A program made the position numbers and the translations under genes. Below the pieces are notes generated by a model. It did not search any database and had not been told where the DNA came from. It saw only the letters and a list, made by a program, of their open reading frames with translations. Below, piece after piece: positions 7,019-14,143 of a DNA stretch of 14,174 nucleotides (position 1 is the stretch's first letter; each line of letters begins with the position of its first letter). This DNA comes from Terrimicrobiaceae bacterium (lineage in GTDB: Bacteria; Verrucomicrobiota; Verrucomicrobiia; Chthoniobacterales; Terrimicrobiaceae). The DNA is taken from positions 1-14,174 of the forward strand of contig JBGSVZ010000004.1 of assembly GCA_041752695.1 (NCBI GenBank). The letters run 5' to 3'.

Positions 7019-7872
7019 CCCCTCGATTCCTGTTTGCATTGTTCGCTTCTTGCGTTGCGGGCATGGTGTCTTGTAATGCGCAAACGTCAGCCGATACGGC
7101 GGTCGGCAAGGTGCTCTCGGTGACGACAAATTTAGGGGACATAACGTCAGAAATAGTCAGCCCCGACGGACAGACCACTACCGTCAAAGCGACTAACGGT
7201 AGCGTGGAAATCGAGTTTGACGCCGGCGGGCAACTGAAATCAATCTTGAGGCAGTCTGTTTTGCCTGACGCACCGCTAAAGTGGGAGGAAGAACAAGCGA
7301 AAAAAGAAGCTTTGATCTATCTGTCAAAACTCGTAAATGCAGAAGTCATTAAGGATTTGCCTTCCGTTACTCAGGAAAACCCTAACGGACTTAGAAATCT
7401 CTGGTCGGCTGGTTGGATCAGGAATATAAAAGGGTACAAAGTGAGAAACGACTTTGTTACCATAACATTCACCGAGAATGATGGTTTGTTCGGGTTCGCA
7501 CGGTCTTGGTTAACGCCAGAGCCATTGAGCCTTCCATCAATTCCTTTGGCGAAAAAGGAGGCTATCAAATTGGCTGAAGCAGCCGCGGAACAGGTGATGA
7601 GGAAGTTCAGCAATCGATTTAACGGGTATCGTCTTGGCAGCATTGCGTTCGAGGATTTATTTATCGTTGCTCCTAATAATATTCTTAGCGCCGAGGTGAA
7701 AACGGAAGAGGATTTACTTAGGGGTGATGTAAATCATTCGCGTCTCGCTTGGATAATCGGATTCAATGTTGACGTTGATCCAAGCGGCAGTGAGTCCACG
7801 ATTGCAATAACCGGAGGCTTGTCGATCTGGATCGACGCAGAGACCGGGGCATGCATAGGTGGAGATTTTTAA
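7015..7872 (+). CDS. Probable lipoprotein with FTP/YcdB-YcdC-like and C-terminal PepSY-like propeptide domains
   Basis: ATG 7015 overlaps the upstream TGA (ATGA). Signal MTPRFLFALFASCVAGMVSC has candidate lipobox cysteines. WIRNIKGYKVRNDFVTITF (FTP-like), LAKKEAIKLA, RLAWII and WIDAETG (PepSY-like). Confidence 0.75.
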   Translation: MTPRFLFALFASCVAGMVSCNAQTSADTAVGKVLSVTTNLGDITSEIVSPDGQTTTVKATNGSVEIEFDAGGQLKSILRQSVLPDAPLKWEEEQAKKEALIYLSKLVNAEVIKDLPSVTQENPNGLRNLWSAGWIRNIKGYKVRNDFVTITFTENDGLFGFARSWLTPEPLSLPSIPLAKKEAIKLAEAAAEQVMRKFSNRFNGYRLGSIAFEDLFIVAPNNILSAEVKTEEDLLRGDVNHSRLAWIIGFNVDVDPSGSESTIAITGGLSIWIDAETGACIGGDF

Positions 7873-7901
7873 TAGGTTTTTCCCCGAAAGTTGCGCCTCC
7901 T

Positions 7902-7933
7902 TTCTCATTGGACTTCAAAATTGCCAATGAGAA
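7902..7933. terminator. Stem-loop between convergent genes, possible bidirectional terminator
   Basis: TTCTCATTGG, 12-nt loop, CCAATGAGAA: a perfect 10-bp stem between the stops at 7872 (+) and 7943 (-). Confidence 0.4.
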
Positions 7934-7942
7934 GAACTGCAC

Positions 7943-8200
7943 TCACAAGTCTCTCATCTCCCCTTTCCGACGCACCTCGTCCTCACCAAGAATATCAACC
8001 AGAGAGACATGCAGGCGGCAAGCGATGCGCTGGAGTGACTCAAGGGTCATGCTCGTTTGCCGCTGCTCGAAGCGGAAGAGCATGGATGGAGTGATTCCCA
8101 GCTTCCGGGCAAATTCCCGGTAGGTCACGTCACCCCGCGCTTTCCGGAGGAAAGCGGCGATCTTCTTTTCAAATCTGCCACGCAACACGCTTGACAGCAT
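7943..8200 (-). CDS. XRE-family HTH regulator
   Basis: IAAFLRKARGDVTYREFARKLGITPSMLFRFEQRQTSMTLESLQRIA is a Cro/C1-type HTH. Start uncertain (ATG 8200, GTG 8188 or TTG 8185). Confidence 0.85.
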   Translation of the reverse strand: MLSSVLRGRFEKKIAAFLRKARGDVTYREFARKLGITPSMLFRFEQRQTSMTLESLQRIACRLHVSLVDILGEDEVRRKGEMRDL

Positions 8201-8209
8201 CACGGATAG

Positions 8210-8247
8210 AATGTTCCTAATTAGGAACATTTTCCTAAAAAGGAACA
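8210..8247. promoter_or_regulatory. Tandem palindromic operator (perfect site plus degenerate site)
   Basis: Perfect 22-bp palindrome AATGTTCCTAATTAGGAACATT (8210-8231). Its 18-bp core (8212-8229) is directly followed by TTTTCCTAAAAAGGAACA (8230-8247, 15/18 match). Confidence 0.8.
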
Positions 8248-8249
8248 GA

Positions 8250-9245
8250 ATGCTGTCACCGACACTCCAAAACAAAATCAGGAAGGCCATCTCGCCCATT
8301 CCTCGCCGACTGGCGGCTCGATTCCGCCAACTCGACCCGAGCAATGAGCAAGAATTGCGGCGTTCCCTCGAAACCCATTACTTCACCCGCGAGATTTGGG
8401 GCAAGGCGACCACCGCCGCAGAATATCTGGCATCCAAGGAAGGCCAGGATGATTTCTCACAGCATCTTTTCGAGCGGTTGGACAACTTCCGTTCGACGGT
8501 CATTCCGTGGCTTGATAGGGTCATCGGGCTCAACGGGAAGCGGGTTCTTGAAATTGGTTGCGGCACCGGAACTTCGACAGTTGCCCTCGCCGAACAGGGG
8601 GCCTCTGTTACCGCTATCGAGATCGATGACGAAAGCCTTCGTGTCGCAGAAGACCGCTGCAATTTGTATCAGCTCGATGTGGAACTCTTCAAAGCGAATG
8701 GGGCCGATGTGCTCGACGCCGTCAAGCCAGGAAACTTCGATGCGGTAATTTACATGGCCGTGGTCGAGCACATGACCATACCCGAACGACTGCAATCTCT
8801 CCGCGATTGTTGGTCATTGCTTTCTCCGGGAGGGTTTCTTGCTATCATCGAGACACCGAACCGTCTCTGGCTCCATGACGCACATACCTCATGGCTCCCG
8901 TTCTACTTCTGGCTTCCCGATGATCTCGCATACCTCTACTCGCAAAAAAGCCCCCGGGTGCCTTTCAACACGGCTTTCCGCGATGCCAATTTAGCCGACA
9001 TGGAGGATCTCCGCCGACAGGGCCGCGGCGTGAGCTTCCACGAAATCGAACTTGCGTTGGGAAGTGAGGGCTGGCAACCGCTTCTTGGCATGCGCGACTT
9101 CCTGCGACGCAGAAGCCCGCTCTGGAGCATTGCGCATCTGCTGACCACTCCCCACGGCTTCCAACGGAGCCTCCGTAAAGCAGCCCCGGGAATTCCACGT
9201 GTGTTCTTCGAGCAAAGCTTGGATGTGGTCATTCAAAAACTCTGA
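8250..9245 (+). CDS. Class I SAM-dependent methyltransferase
   Basis: Motif I VLEIGCGTG, acidic VTAIEID, FDAV..AVVEH, LSPGGFLAIIETPNR. ATG 8250 chosen because ATG 8211 lies inside the operator. Confidence 0.9.
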   Translation: MLSPTLQNKIRKAISPIPRRLAARFRQLDPSNEQELRRSLETHYFTREIWGKATTAAEYLASKEGQDDFSQHLFERLDNFRSTVIPWLDRVIGLNGKRVLEIGCGTGTSTVALAEQGASVTAIEIDDESLRVAEDRCNLYQLDVELFKANGADVLDAVKPGNFDAVIYMAVVEHMTIPERLQSLRDCWSLLSPGGFLAIIETPNRLWLHDAHTSWLPFYFWLPDDLAYLYSQKSPRVPFNTAFRDANLADMEDLRRQGRGVSFHEIELALGSEGWQPLLGMRDFLRRRSPLWSIAHLLTTPHGFQRSLRKAAPGIPRVFFEQSLDVVIQKL

Positions 9246-9249
9246 GCCG

Positions 9250-9744
9250 ATGTCGTTGCAGGAGTACGTTTTCCAGGATTGGCAGACCAATGCTGGTTCC
9301 CGAAAAGCCCGCTTCATCGTCGTGTTTTTCAGGATCGTTCAATTTCTCGGGAAAAAAAGCCGGGTGACGCAGTTGCTCTGCACCCCCATCTTCGCCCTCT
9401 ACGAATTACTGGTCGTCTGGATTTTGAAAGTCGAGATCCGGTATCCGACGCGGGTCGGTTCCGGCCTCTGCCTGGCAAGATGCGGCGTGGCAATCGTCCA
9501 TCAGTCATCACTTGTGGGAAGAAACTGCACGATCGGGAATTGCGTCACCATCGGAACAAAAAAAGGAATCCATGATTGTCCCACCATTGGAGACAACGTC
9601 ACTATAGGGCCGAATGCCGTTATCATAGGCAGCATCAATATCGGGGATGGTGCGACCATCGAGGCGGGCAGTGTAGTGACCCACGATGTCAGCGCGGGAC
9701 AGACTGTTGGGGGCAATCCGGCCACTGTGAAATCCTCGCCTTGA
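9250..9744 (+). CDS. WcaB/CysE-like left-handed beta-helix O-acetyltransferase
   Basis: Hexapeptide repeats (VGRNCTIGNCVTIG, PTIGDNVTIGPNAVIIGSINIGDGATIEAGSVVTHDV) and VGGNPA. ATG lies 4 nt after the methyltransferase stop. Confidence 0.88.
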   Translation: MSLQEYVFQDWQTNAGSRKARFIVVFFRIVQFLGKKSRVTQLLCTPIFALYELLVVWILKVEIRYPTRVGSGLCLARCGVAIVHQSSLVGRNCTIGNCVTIGTKKGIHDCPTIGDNVTIGPNAVIIGSINIGDGATIEAGSVVTHDVSAGQTVGGNPATVKSSP

Positions 9745-9759
9745 CCGGCCAGAAGGAAA

Positions 9760-10014
9760 CTATTTTTTCCCAAGCTTCGAAAACGCCTCTTTTTTTGTCG
9801 GCAGGATGAGTTCGGGTGTCGTGTCAAGCGCAGCAGCTAGGGCGACGATTTCAAAATCCCTCACCAGCCTGATCTGCATCTCGATGTGATTGATCATTTC
9901 CCGGCTGGCATCCCAGCCGAGCCGTTGGCATTTGGCCGCCAAGGCCTGCTGCGAAAGACACTGTTCATTCCTGATCTTTCGTATCCGTTCGCCGATGAGG
10001 TTGGACTTTTTCAA
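9760..10014 (-). CDS. XRE-family HTH regulator
   Basis: NLIGERIRKIRNEQCLSQQALAAKCQRLGWDASREMINHIE...VRDFEIVALAAAL. TTG start. Confidence 0.88.
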   Translation of the reverse strand: MKKSNLIGERIRKIRNEQCLSQQALAAKCQRLGWDASREMINHIEMQIRLVRDFEIVALAAALDTTPELILPTKKEAFSKLGKK

Positions 10015-10043
10015 ATCCTTTTAAAATTACTGCGTCAAAAAAC

Positions 10044-10071
10044 TTGAATTGGTCGAATTTTCGACCATATT
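10044..10071 (+). promoter_or_regulatory. Palindromic operator filling the spacer of a candidate + strand promoter
   Basis: TGGTCGAA-TT-TTCGACCA (10050-10067), lying between TTGAAT (10044-10049) and CATATT (10066-10071). Confidence 0.65.
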
Positions 10072-10078
10072 ACAGGTG

Positions 10079-10144
10079 ATGCCTGACACCCGAATTTTGA
10101 GCAACATCGCACTCGCGATTGCCATCCTCCTATCCTCTTTTTGA
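10079..10144 (+). CDS. Possible 21-aa hydrophobic small ORF (MPDTRILSNIALAIAILLSSF)
   Basis: ATG 7 nt after CATATT. TGA at 10142-10144. Same frame as the SET ORF. Below the ORF track cutoff. Confidence 0.3.
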   Translation: MPDTRILSNIALAIAILLSSF

Positions 10145-10156
10145 GGAAATTTGCTC

Positions 10157-10540
10157 ATGCTCTTTGTCAAAGCCAAGGTTGGACCAAGCTCCATTGACGG
10201 GCTCGGACTCATTGCACACCAATTCATTCCAGAAGGGTCAACCATCTGGCAGTTTACACCTGATTTCGATGTTGCTCTCCCGGAAACAAGCCTACTGAAC
10301 CTCACCAGTGCGACACGTGAACAGGTGATTCGCTATGCTTACCGGGATCACGTGAAGAAAACGCTCCTACTCCCGAGCGACGATAGCCGGTTCACCAATC
10401 ACGCGGACACTCCGAATACTCGATCCTTTAACCACCGAACCATAGCGATCCGTGACATCTTTCCGGGTGAGGAAATCACCGCGAGCTATGACGAATTATG
10501 CGCTGGTGCTGTTAAAATTGAGGCTGACGCGCGGCCGTGA
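10157..10540 (+). CDS. SET-domain protein-lysine methyltransferase-like protein
   Basis: SIDGLGL, RFTNHADTPN and AIRDIFPGEEITASY are SET motifs. GAGGA RBS at 10143-10147. Confidence 0.9.
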   Translation: MLFVKAKVGPSSIDGLGLIAHQFIPEGSTIWQFTPDFDVALPETSLLNLTSATREQVIRYAYRDHVKKTLLLPSDDSRFTNHADTPNTRSFNHRTIAIRDIFPGEEITASYDELCAGAVKIEADARP

Positions 10541-10611
10541 CGGAGCCGCTCCCCGTCCTTTACCGTTCTCGAATCAATGGATAGCCTCTCCCGACGAAGA
10601 GGAATCCCCGC

Positions 10612-12303
10612 ATGCCCCGCAGACATGGAAACAACCTTGAACTCGGTTTCGACCCAAATGGTCGTCCCGTCTCGCTGTCATCCGACAAGCGTGCCACCCA
10701 TCTGTACGTTTGTGGCTCGACTGGCACCGGAAAGTCAAAATTCCTTGAGCACCTGATCCGTCAGGACATAAAAAACTGGCGACCGAGCAAGTCGGGCCTT
10801 CTCCTCATCGACCCGCACGGTTCGGTATATGACAGCCTCATGGAATGGATGACATACCACCCCGAGCTAAAGCGTCCCGTCGTCCCAATTGATCTTCGGA
10901 GCAACGAGTGGATTGTCGCATACAACATGCTGAGAGATCGCCCTGGCGCCGATCCGTCCGTCATCGTGTCGACTTTTGTGCAGGCGATAGCTCATGTATG
11001 GGGACAGGGCGGAACCGACGAGACTCCGCTTTTCGCCCGCTGGGCGTCAAACATCCTTCGCACCCTCTACGAGGCCAAGCAGACCCTTGTTGAGGCCGAA
11101 TATCTCACCGACCACCTTGCCAGCGAAATCAGACAGATATTCGCGTCAAAAGTCGGCAACAGGATGATGAGGAAGGATTGGCGGGACGTGGACAAGATGA
11201 GCGCTCTTGAATTTGAGAAGCAAGTCGGGAGCACCATCAACCGGCTACGACGTTTTTTGGGAACCGAACTGATACGCTTGATGTTCGGGCAGCGGGATGT
11301 CTCCATGGATCTTGGCACTGCTATCGAAGAGGGGCATATCATCCTCGTGAACCTTGCGCCGAAGGGGGCGCGAGTCAGCGACGAGGATGGAGCCTTGTTC
11401 GCAACATTGATTTTGAACGACTTGTGGACAGCAGCGAAAGAAAGGGGCAAGGGAGATAGCCGGAATCCGCCAAAACCCTTCTATGTCTACATTGACGAAT
11501 TTCAGAATTTCGTCACCCCGTCCATCGCCCAGCAGCTCGACCAAGCGCGCGGCTTTGGCCTGCATTTAACGCTTGCTCATCAATACCCGAATCAGCTCTT
11601 GCACTCTGGAGCGCAGGGCAAGGCCATTTACGATTCGGTGATGGTCAACGCCCGATCAAAGGTGATCTTCCAAGTCGAGGGGGAAGAAAATTTACGTCCC
11701 CTCGCCCATTCTCTCTTTATGGGCGTCATGGACCCGGACGAGGTGAAATTGCGCATCATGTCCACCAAGGTCATGGGGCACCGAAAGGAAATCCGCCGCT
11801 CGACGACAAAAAGCTCGTCGGAGAGCGAAAGCAGTTCGGACGGGAGCGGCAAAACCCTTCCGACGGACGAGAACGATTCCGAACGGTTGTCTGAATTCTC
11901 CTCTTCCTCACGTTCAGGTGGCAAGGGATTTGCCGAAACCGAAATGGAGGTTGACGCCGCAGTCTTCGGACAGGAACTGTCAAGCGTCCAATTCCGGGAT
12001 TTGGAGGAACAGGCATTCCGTGCCATGTCTGCGATCTTTTCCCAACAGCAGCGATCATGCCTGGCTCGCCTTGTCGGCGACCGAAGCCCGGTTTCAGTTC
12101 AGATTCCCAAGGTGCAAGGATACGGCCTCAATCCCGAACGAATACGTGCCCACACGAACGAGTTTCTTCACTTACTGCCATACGCGATTTCAAAAGGCGA
12201 TGCACAAAGCAATCTCGTGTCTCGGGAAGGCGAAATAGTCGCGACCGTCCGTCAAGCTGCCGAAGATCGAGAACCGAAAACTGCCCGAAGGCGGGTGTCT
12301 TGA
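10612..12303 (+). CDS. Type IV coupling protein-like ATPase (VirD4/TraD/TrwB family)
   Basis: Walker A GSTGTGKS, LLIDPHG, Walker B YVYIDEFQNF, ARGFGLHLTLAHQ. GAGGA RBS upstream. No N-terminal TM helix visible. Confidence 0.9.
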   Translation: MPRRHGNNLELGFDPNGRPVSLSSDKRATHLYVCGSTGTGKSKFLEHLIRQDIKNWRPSKSGLLLIDPHGSVYDSLMEWMTYHPELKRPVVPIDLRSNEWIVAYNMLRDRPGADPSVIVSTFVQAIAHVWGQGGTDETPLFARWASNILRTLYEAKQTLVEAEYLTDHLASEIRQIFASKVGNRMMRKDWRDVDKMSALEFEKQVGSTINRLRRFLGTELIRLMFGQRDVSMDLGTAIEEGHIILVNLAPKGARVSDEDGALFATLILNDLWTAAKERGKGDSRNPPKPFYVYIDEFQNFVTPSIAQQLDQARGFGLHLTLAHQYPNQLLHSGAQGKAIYDSVMVNARSKVIFQVEGEENLRPLAHSLFMGVMDPDEVKLRIMSTKVMGHRKEIRRSTTKSSSESESSSDGSGKTLPTDENDSERLSEFSSSSRSGGKGFAETEMEVDAAVFGQELSSVQFRDLEEQAFRAMSAIFSQQQRSCLARLVGDRSPVSVQIPKVQGYGLNPERIRAHTNEFLHLLPYAISKGDAQSNLVSREGEIVATVRQAAEDREPKTARRRVS

Positions 12304-12330
12304 GGAATTTTCAGTTACAATATTTCTGTC

Positions 12331-12670
12331 GTGCCCGCCGCATCAACTGACATCGTTATCCAAGATCGGGACATCAAGCTTCTGCAACTTCTGCTGCACA
12401 GCCGTATCCTGACCCTTGCCCATGCCGCCGTGCTCGTTTTTGGCGGGAGCATGGAAGCCTCAAAGAAGCGCATTCAAAAGCTTAAGGCTAATGGCCTTAT
12501 TCTTGAACGCCGACGAAAAGCCTATGAACAGGGAGTGCTCTTTCTTTCGAAGAAGGGATTTTTATGTCTAAAGAACCGGGGAACATTGCCACCCGAATGC
12601 GAGGACATCCCGTCATTCACGAAGCGGGCGGCGGTAAGCGAGCTGACCTTGCGACACGAATTGGAAGTGA
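12331..12670 (+). pseudogene. Replication-relaxation (Replic_Relax) family relaxase, N-terminal part, interrupted by IS3
   Basis: IQDRDIKLLQLL..SRILTLAH, RIQKLKANGLI, LSKKG and TLRHELEV match the winged-helix plus conserved His start of this family. Lies directly after the coupling protein. The frame runs into the IS terminal repeat at 12671. Confidence 0.8.
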
Positions 12671-12700
12671 TGGGGTGGACCCCGTTTTCGAACCAGCAGG
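12671..12700. repeat. IS right terminal inverted repeat (IRR)
   Basis: TGGGGTGGACCCCGTTTTCGAACCAGCAGG. The first 14 nt match the other end at 13/14. Confidence 0.9.
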
Positions 12701-12785
12701 AGCTTAAAATAAGCTATGGAATGCTGATGTGATTTGGACTCTATGTATTGGTTGTGGAGGGATCAACCTCCGTTTGGAACGTGTC

Positions 12786-12881
12786 TCCGATTATTTTGCT
12801 CTGGAGCGCAAGGCCCGGCTGGCCTCGGAGCGTAGCGTAGAGGCCTGCGCGGGCCTGTAGCGGAAGAGCAAAATAATCGGA
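12786..12881. other. Long stem-loop in the IS 3' non-coding tail
   Basis: Perfect 17-bp stem TCCGATTATTTTGCTCT (12786-12802) / AGAGCAAAATAATCGGA (12865-12881), with inner stems AGGCCCG/CGGGCCT and GGCCTC/GAGGCC. Confidence 0.75.
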
Positions 12882-12916
12882 CGGCGGAAGGGGAAGGTGG
12901 TTTCCGGCGATGGTTT

Positions 12917-13786
12917 TCATGCGGCTTTTTCCATTTCAGCAACGACTGGCTTCCTGGCACTCTCATACACCCGCGCCGGGGTTTGGTTGCCAAGGTTTTG
13001 ATGTGGCCGCCAGGTATTGTAGCGTTCCATCCACTGCCTGATGCCGGCTTCAAGTTCCGCAAGCGTGGCGTATTCCTTCAGGTAGAGATCCTCGTATTTG
13101 TAGCTCCTCCACAGCCGCTCGATGAACACATTGTCCATCCACCGGCCCTTTCCATCCATGCTCACCTCGATCCCCAGCCCTTCGAGCCTTCCCGTCCATT
13201 CCGGCGAGGTGAACTGGCTGCCCTGGTCGGTGTTGAAGATTTCCGGCAGGCACGTGCATTGGGCCACAGCGGCCGCCACGGCTTTTTCTGTCAGCGCGGC
13301 GTCCATTGTGTTGCTCACCGCCCAGCCCAGCACCTTGCGTGAATGCCAGTCCATCACAGCGCACAGGTAGGCGTGCCCGTGCGGCATCGGGATATACGTG
13401 ATGTCCGCACACCAGACTTCGTCGGCGTATTCCACGACCCGGTCCCTCAGCAGATACGGGTATTTCCGGTGCCCGTTGTCGGGAATGCTCGTGCGCCGGG
13501 GACGGCACCAGATCGTCTCGATCCCCATTTTTCGCCGCAGTCTCTGGATGCGTTTCCGATTGGCTTTGATCCCGTAGTCGCGATTCAGAACCGTCGGCAA
13601 TCGTCGGCTCCCGATGCTCGGATCCATCGTGTAGATCTCGTCCAGTATCCGCATGATCCGCTTATCCTCCGCACTTTCCTCCACCGGCTTGTAATTCAGC
13701 GCCGAGCGCGTCACCCCAAGGATTTTACACTGCTCTCTCACACTGAGTTTCGGGTGTGCTTTTTCCACCAGCCCGGCCCTTTTCAC
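12917..13786 (-). CDS. IS3-family transposase OrfB (DDE/rve core)
   Basis: WCADITYI, FNTDQGSQFTS, SMDGKGRWMDNVFIERLWRS, YNTWRPHQNLG. Confidence 0.95.
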   Translation of the reverse strand: MKRAGLVEKAHPKLSVREQCKILGVTRSALNYKPVEESAEDKRIMRILDEIYTMDPSIGSRRLPTVLNRDYGIKANRKRIQRLRRKMGIETIWCRPRRTSIPDNGHRKYPYLLRDRVVEYADEVWCADITYIPMPHGHAYLCAVMDWHSRKVLGWAVSNTMDAALTEKAVAAAVAQCTCLPEIFNTDQGSQFTSPEWTGRLEGLGIEVSMDGKGRWMDNVFIERLWRSYKYEDLYLKEYATLAELEAGIRQWMERYNTWRPHQNLGNQTPARVYESARKPVVAEMEKAA

Positions 13787-14082
13787 AGGCCAAGCTGTCT
13801 GGATTTTTTTGCCGCAAAATCCAATTTCACCGTCAGTTCCCCGATCTTGGAGTGCAGCTCGCTGCGTTCGCTCTCGAAATCCCCGCCTCCTCCCCGGCCT
13901 CCTTTTTTTCCCTCGAAGGCTTCCGGAAGCCTTTCAAGCAGGGTTTTCTTCCAGTCCGAGACCTGAACCGGGTGAACCTCATACTCGGTAGCGATCTGTT
14001 GAATCGTTTTCACTCCCTTCAGCGCTTCCAGCGCCACCCGGGCTTTGAATGTTGCGTCGTGTCTTTTGCGTTTGGCTTTCAT
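13783..14082 (-). CDS. IS3-family transposase OrfA (HTH)
   Basis: MKAKRKRHDATFKARVALEALKGVKTIQQIATEYEVHPVQVSDWKK. ATG 14082 preferred over 14127. Confidence 0.93.
   Translation of the reverse strand: MKAKRKRHDATFKARVALEALKGVKTIQQIATEYEVHPVQVSDWKKTLLERLPEAFEGKKGGRGGGGDFESERSELHSKIGELTVKLDFAAKKSRQLGL
13804..13810 (-). other. -1 programmed frameshift heptamer A_AAA_AAA producing the OrfAB fusion
   Basis: The minus strand reads GCA AAA AAA TCC in the orfA frame. A -1 shift gives ATC CAG ACA GCT TGG CCT GTG, in frame with orfB and without a stop. Confidence 0.85.
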
Positions 14083-14143
14083 TTTCGATGGTCTTTCAGG
14101 TTGTGGTTTTTCACACCTGCACGCCATCGATTTTTATAGCTTA

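Noticed and set aside
8201..8344. Longer N-termini for the XRE (start 8344) and the methyltransferase (start 8211)
   Set aside because: They overlap each other and run through the operator. The shared MFLIRNI translation is an artefact of the palindrome.
8250..9245. DNA methyltransferase of a restriction-modification system
   Set aside because: No DPPY/NPPY or PC catalytic motif. The motifs fit small-molecule or glycan methyltransferases.
12671..12732. C-terminal residues of the 133-aa ORF
   Set aside because: Read-through into IS sequence, not relaxase.
12983..14139. Plus-strand ORFs within the IS
   Set aside because: Antisense shadows of the transposase genes.
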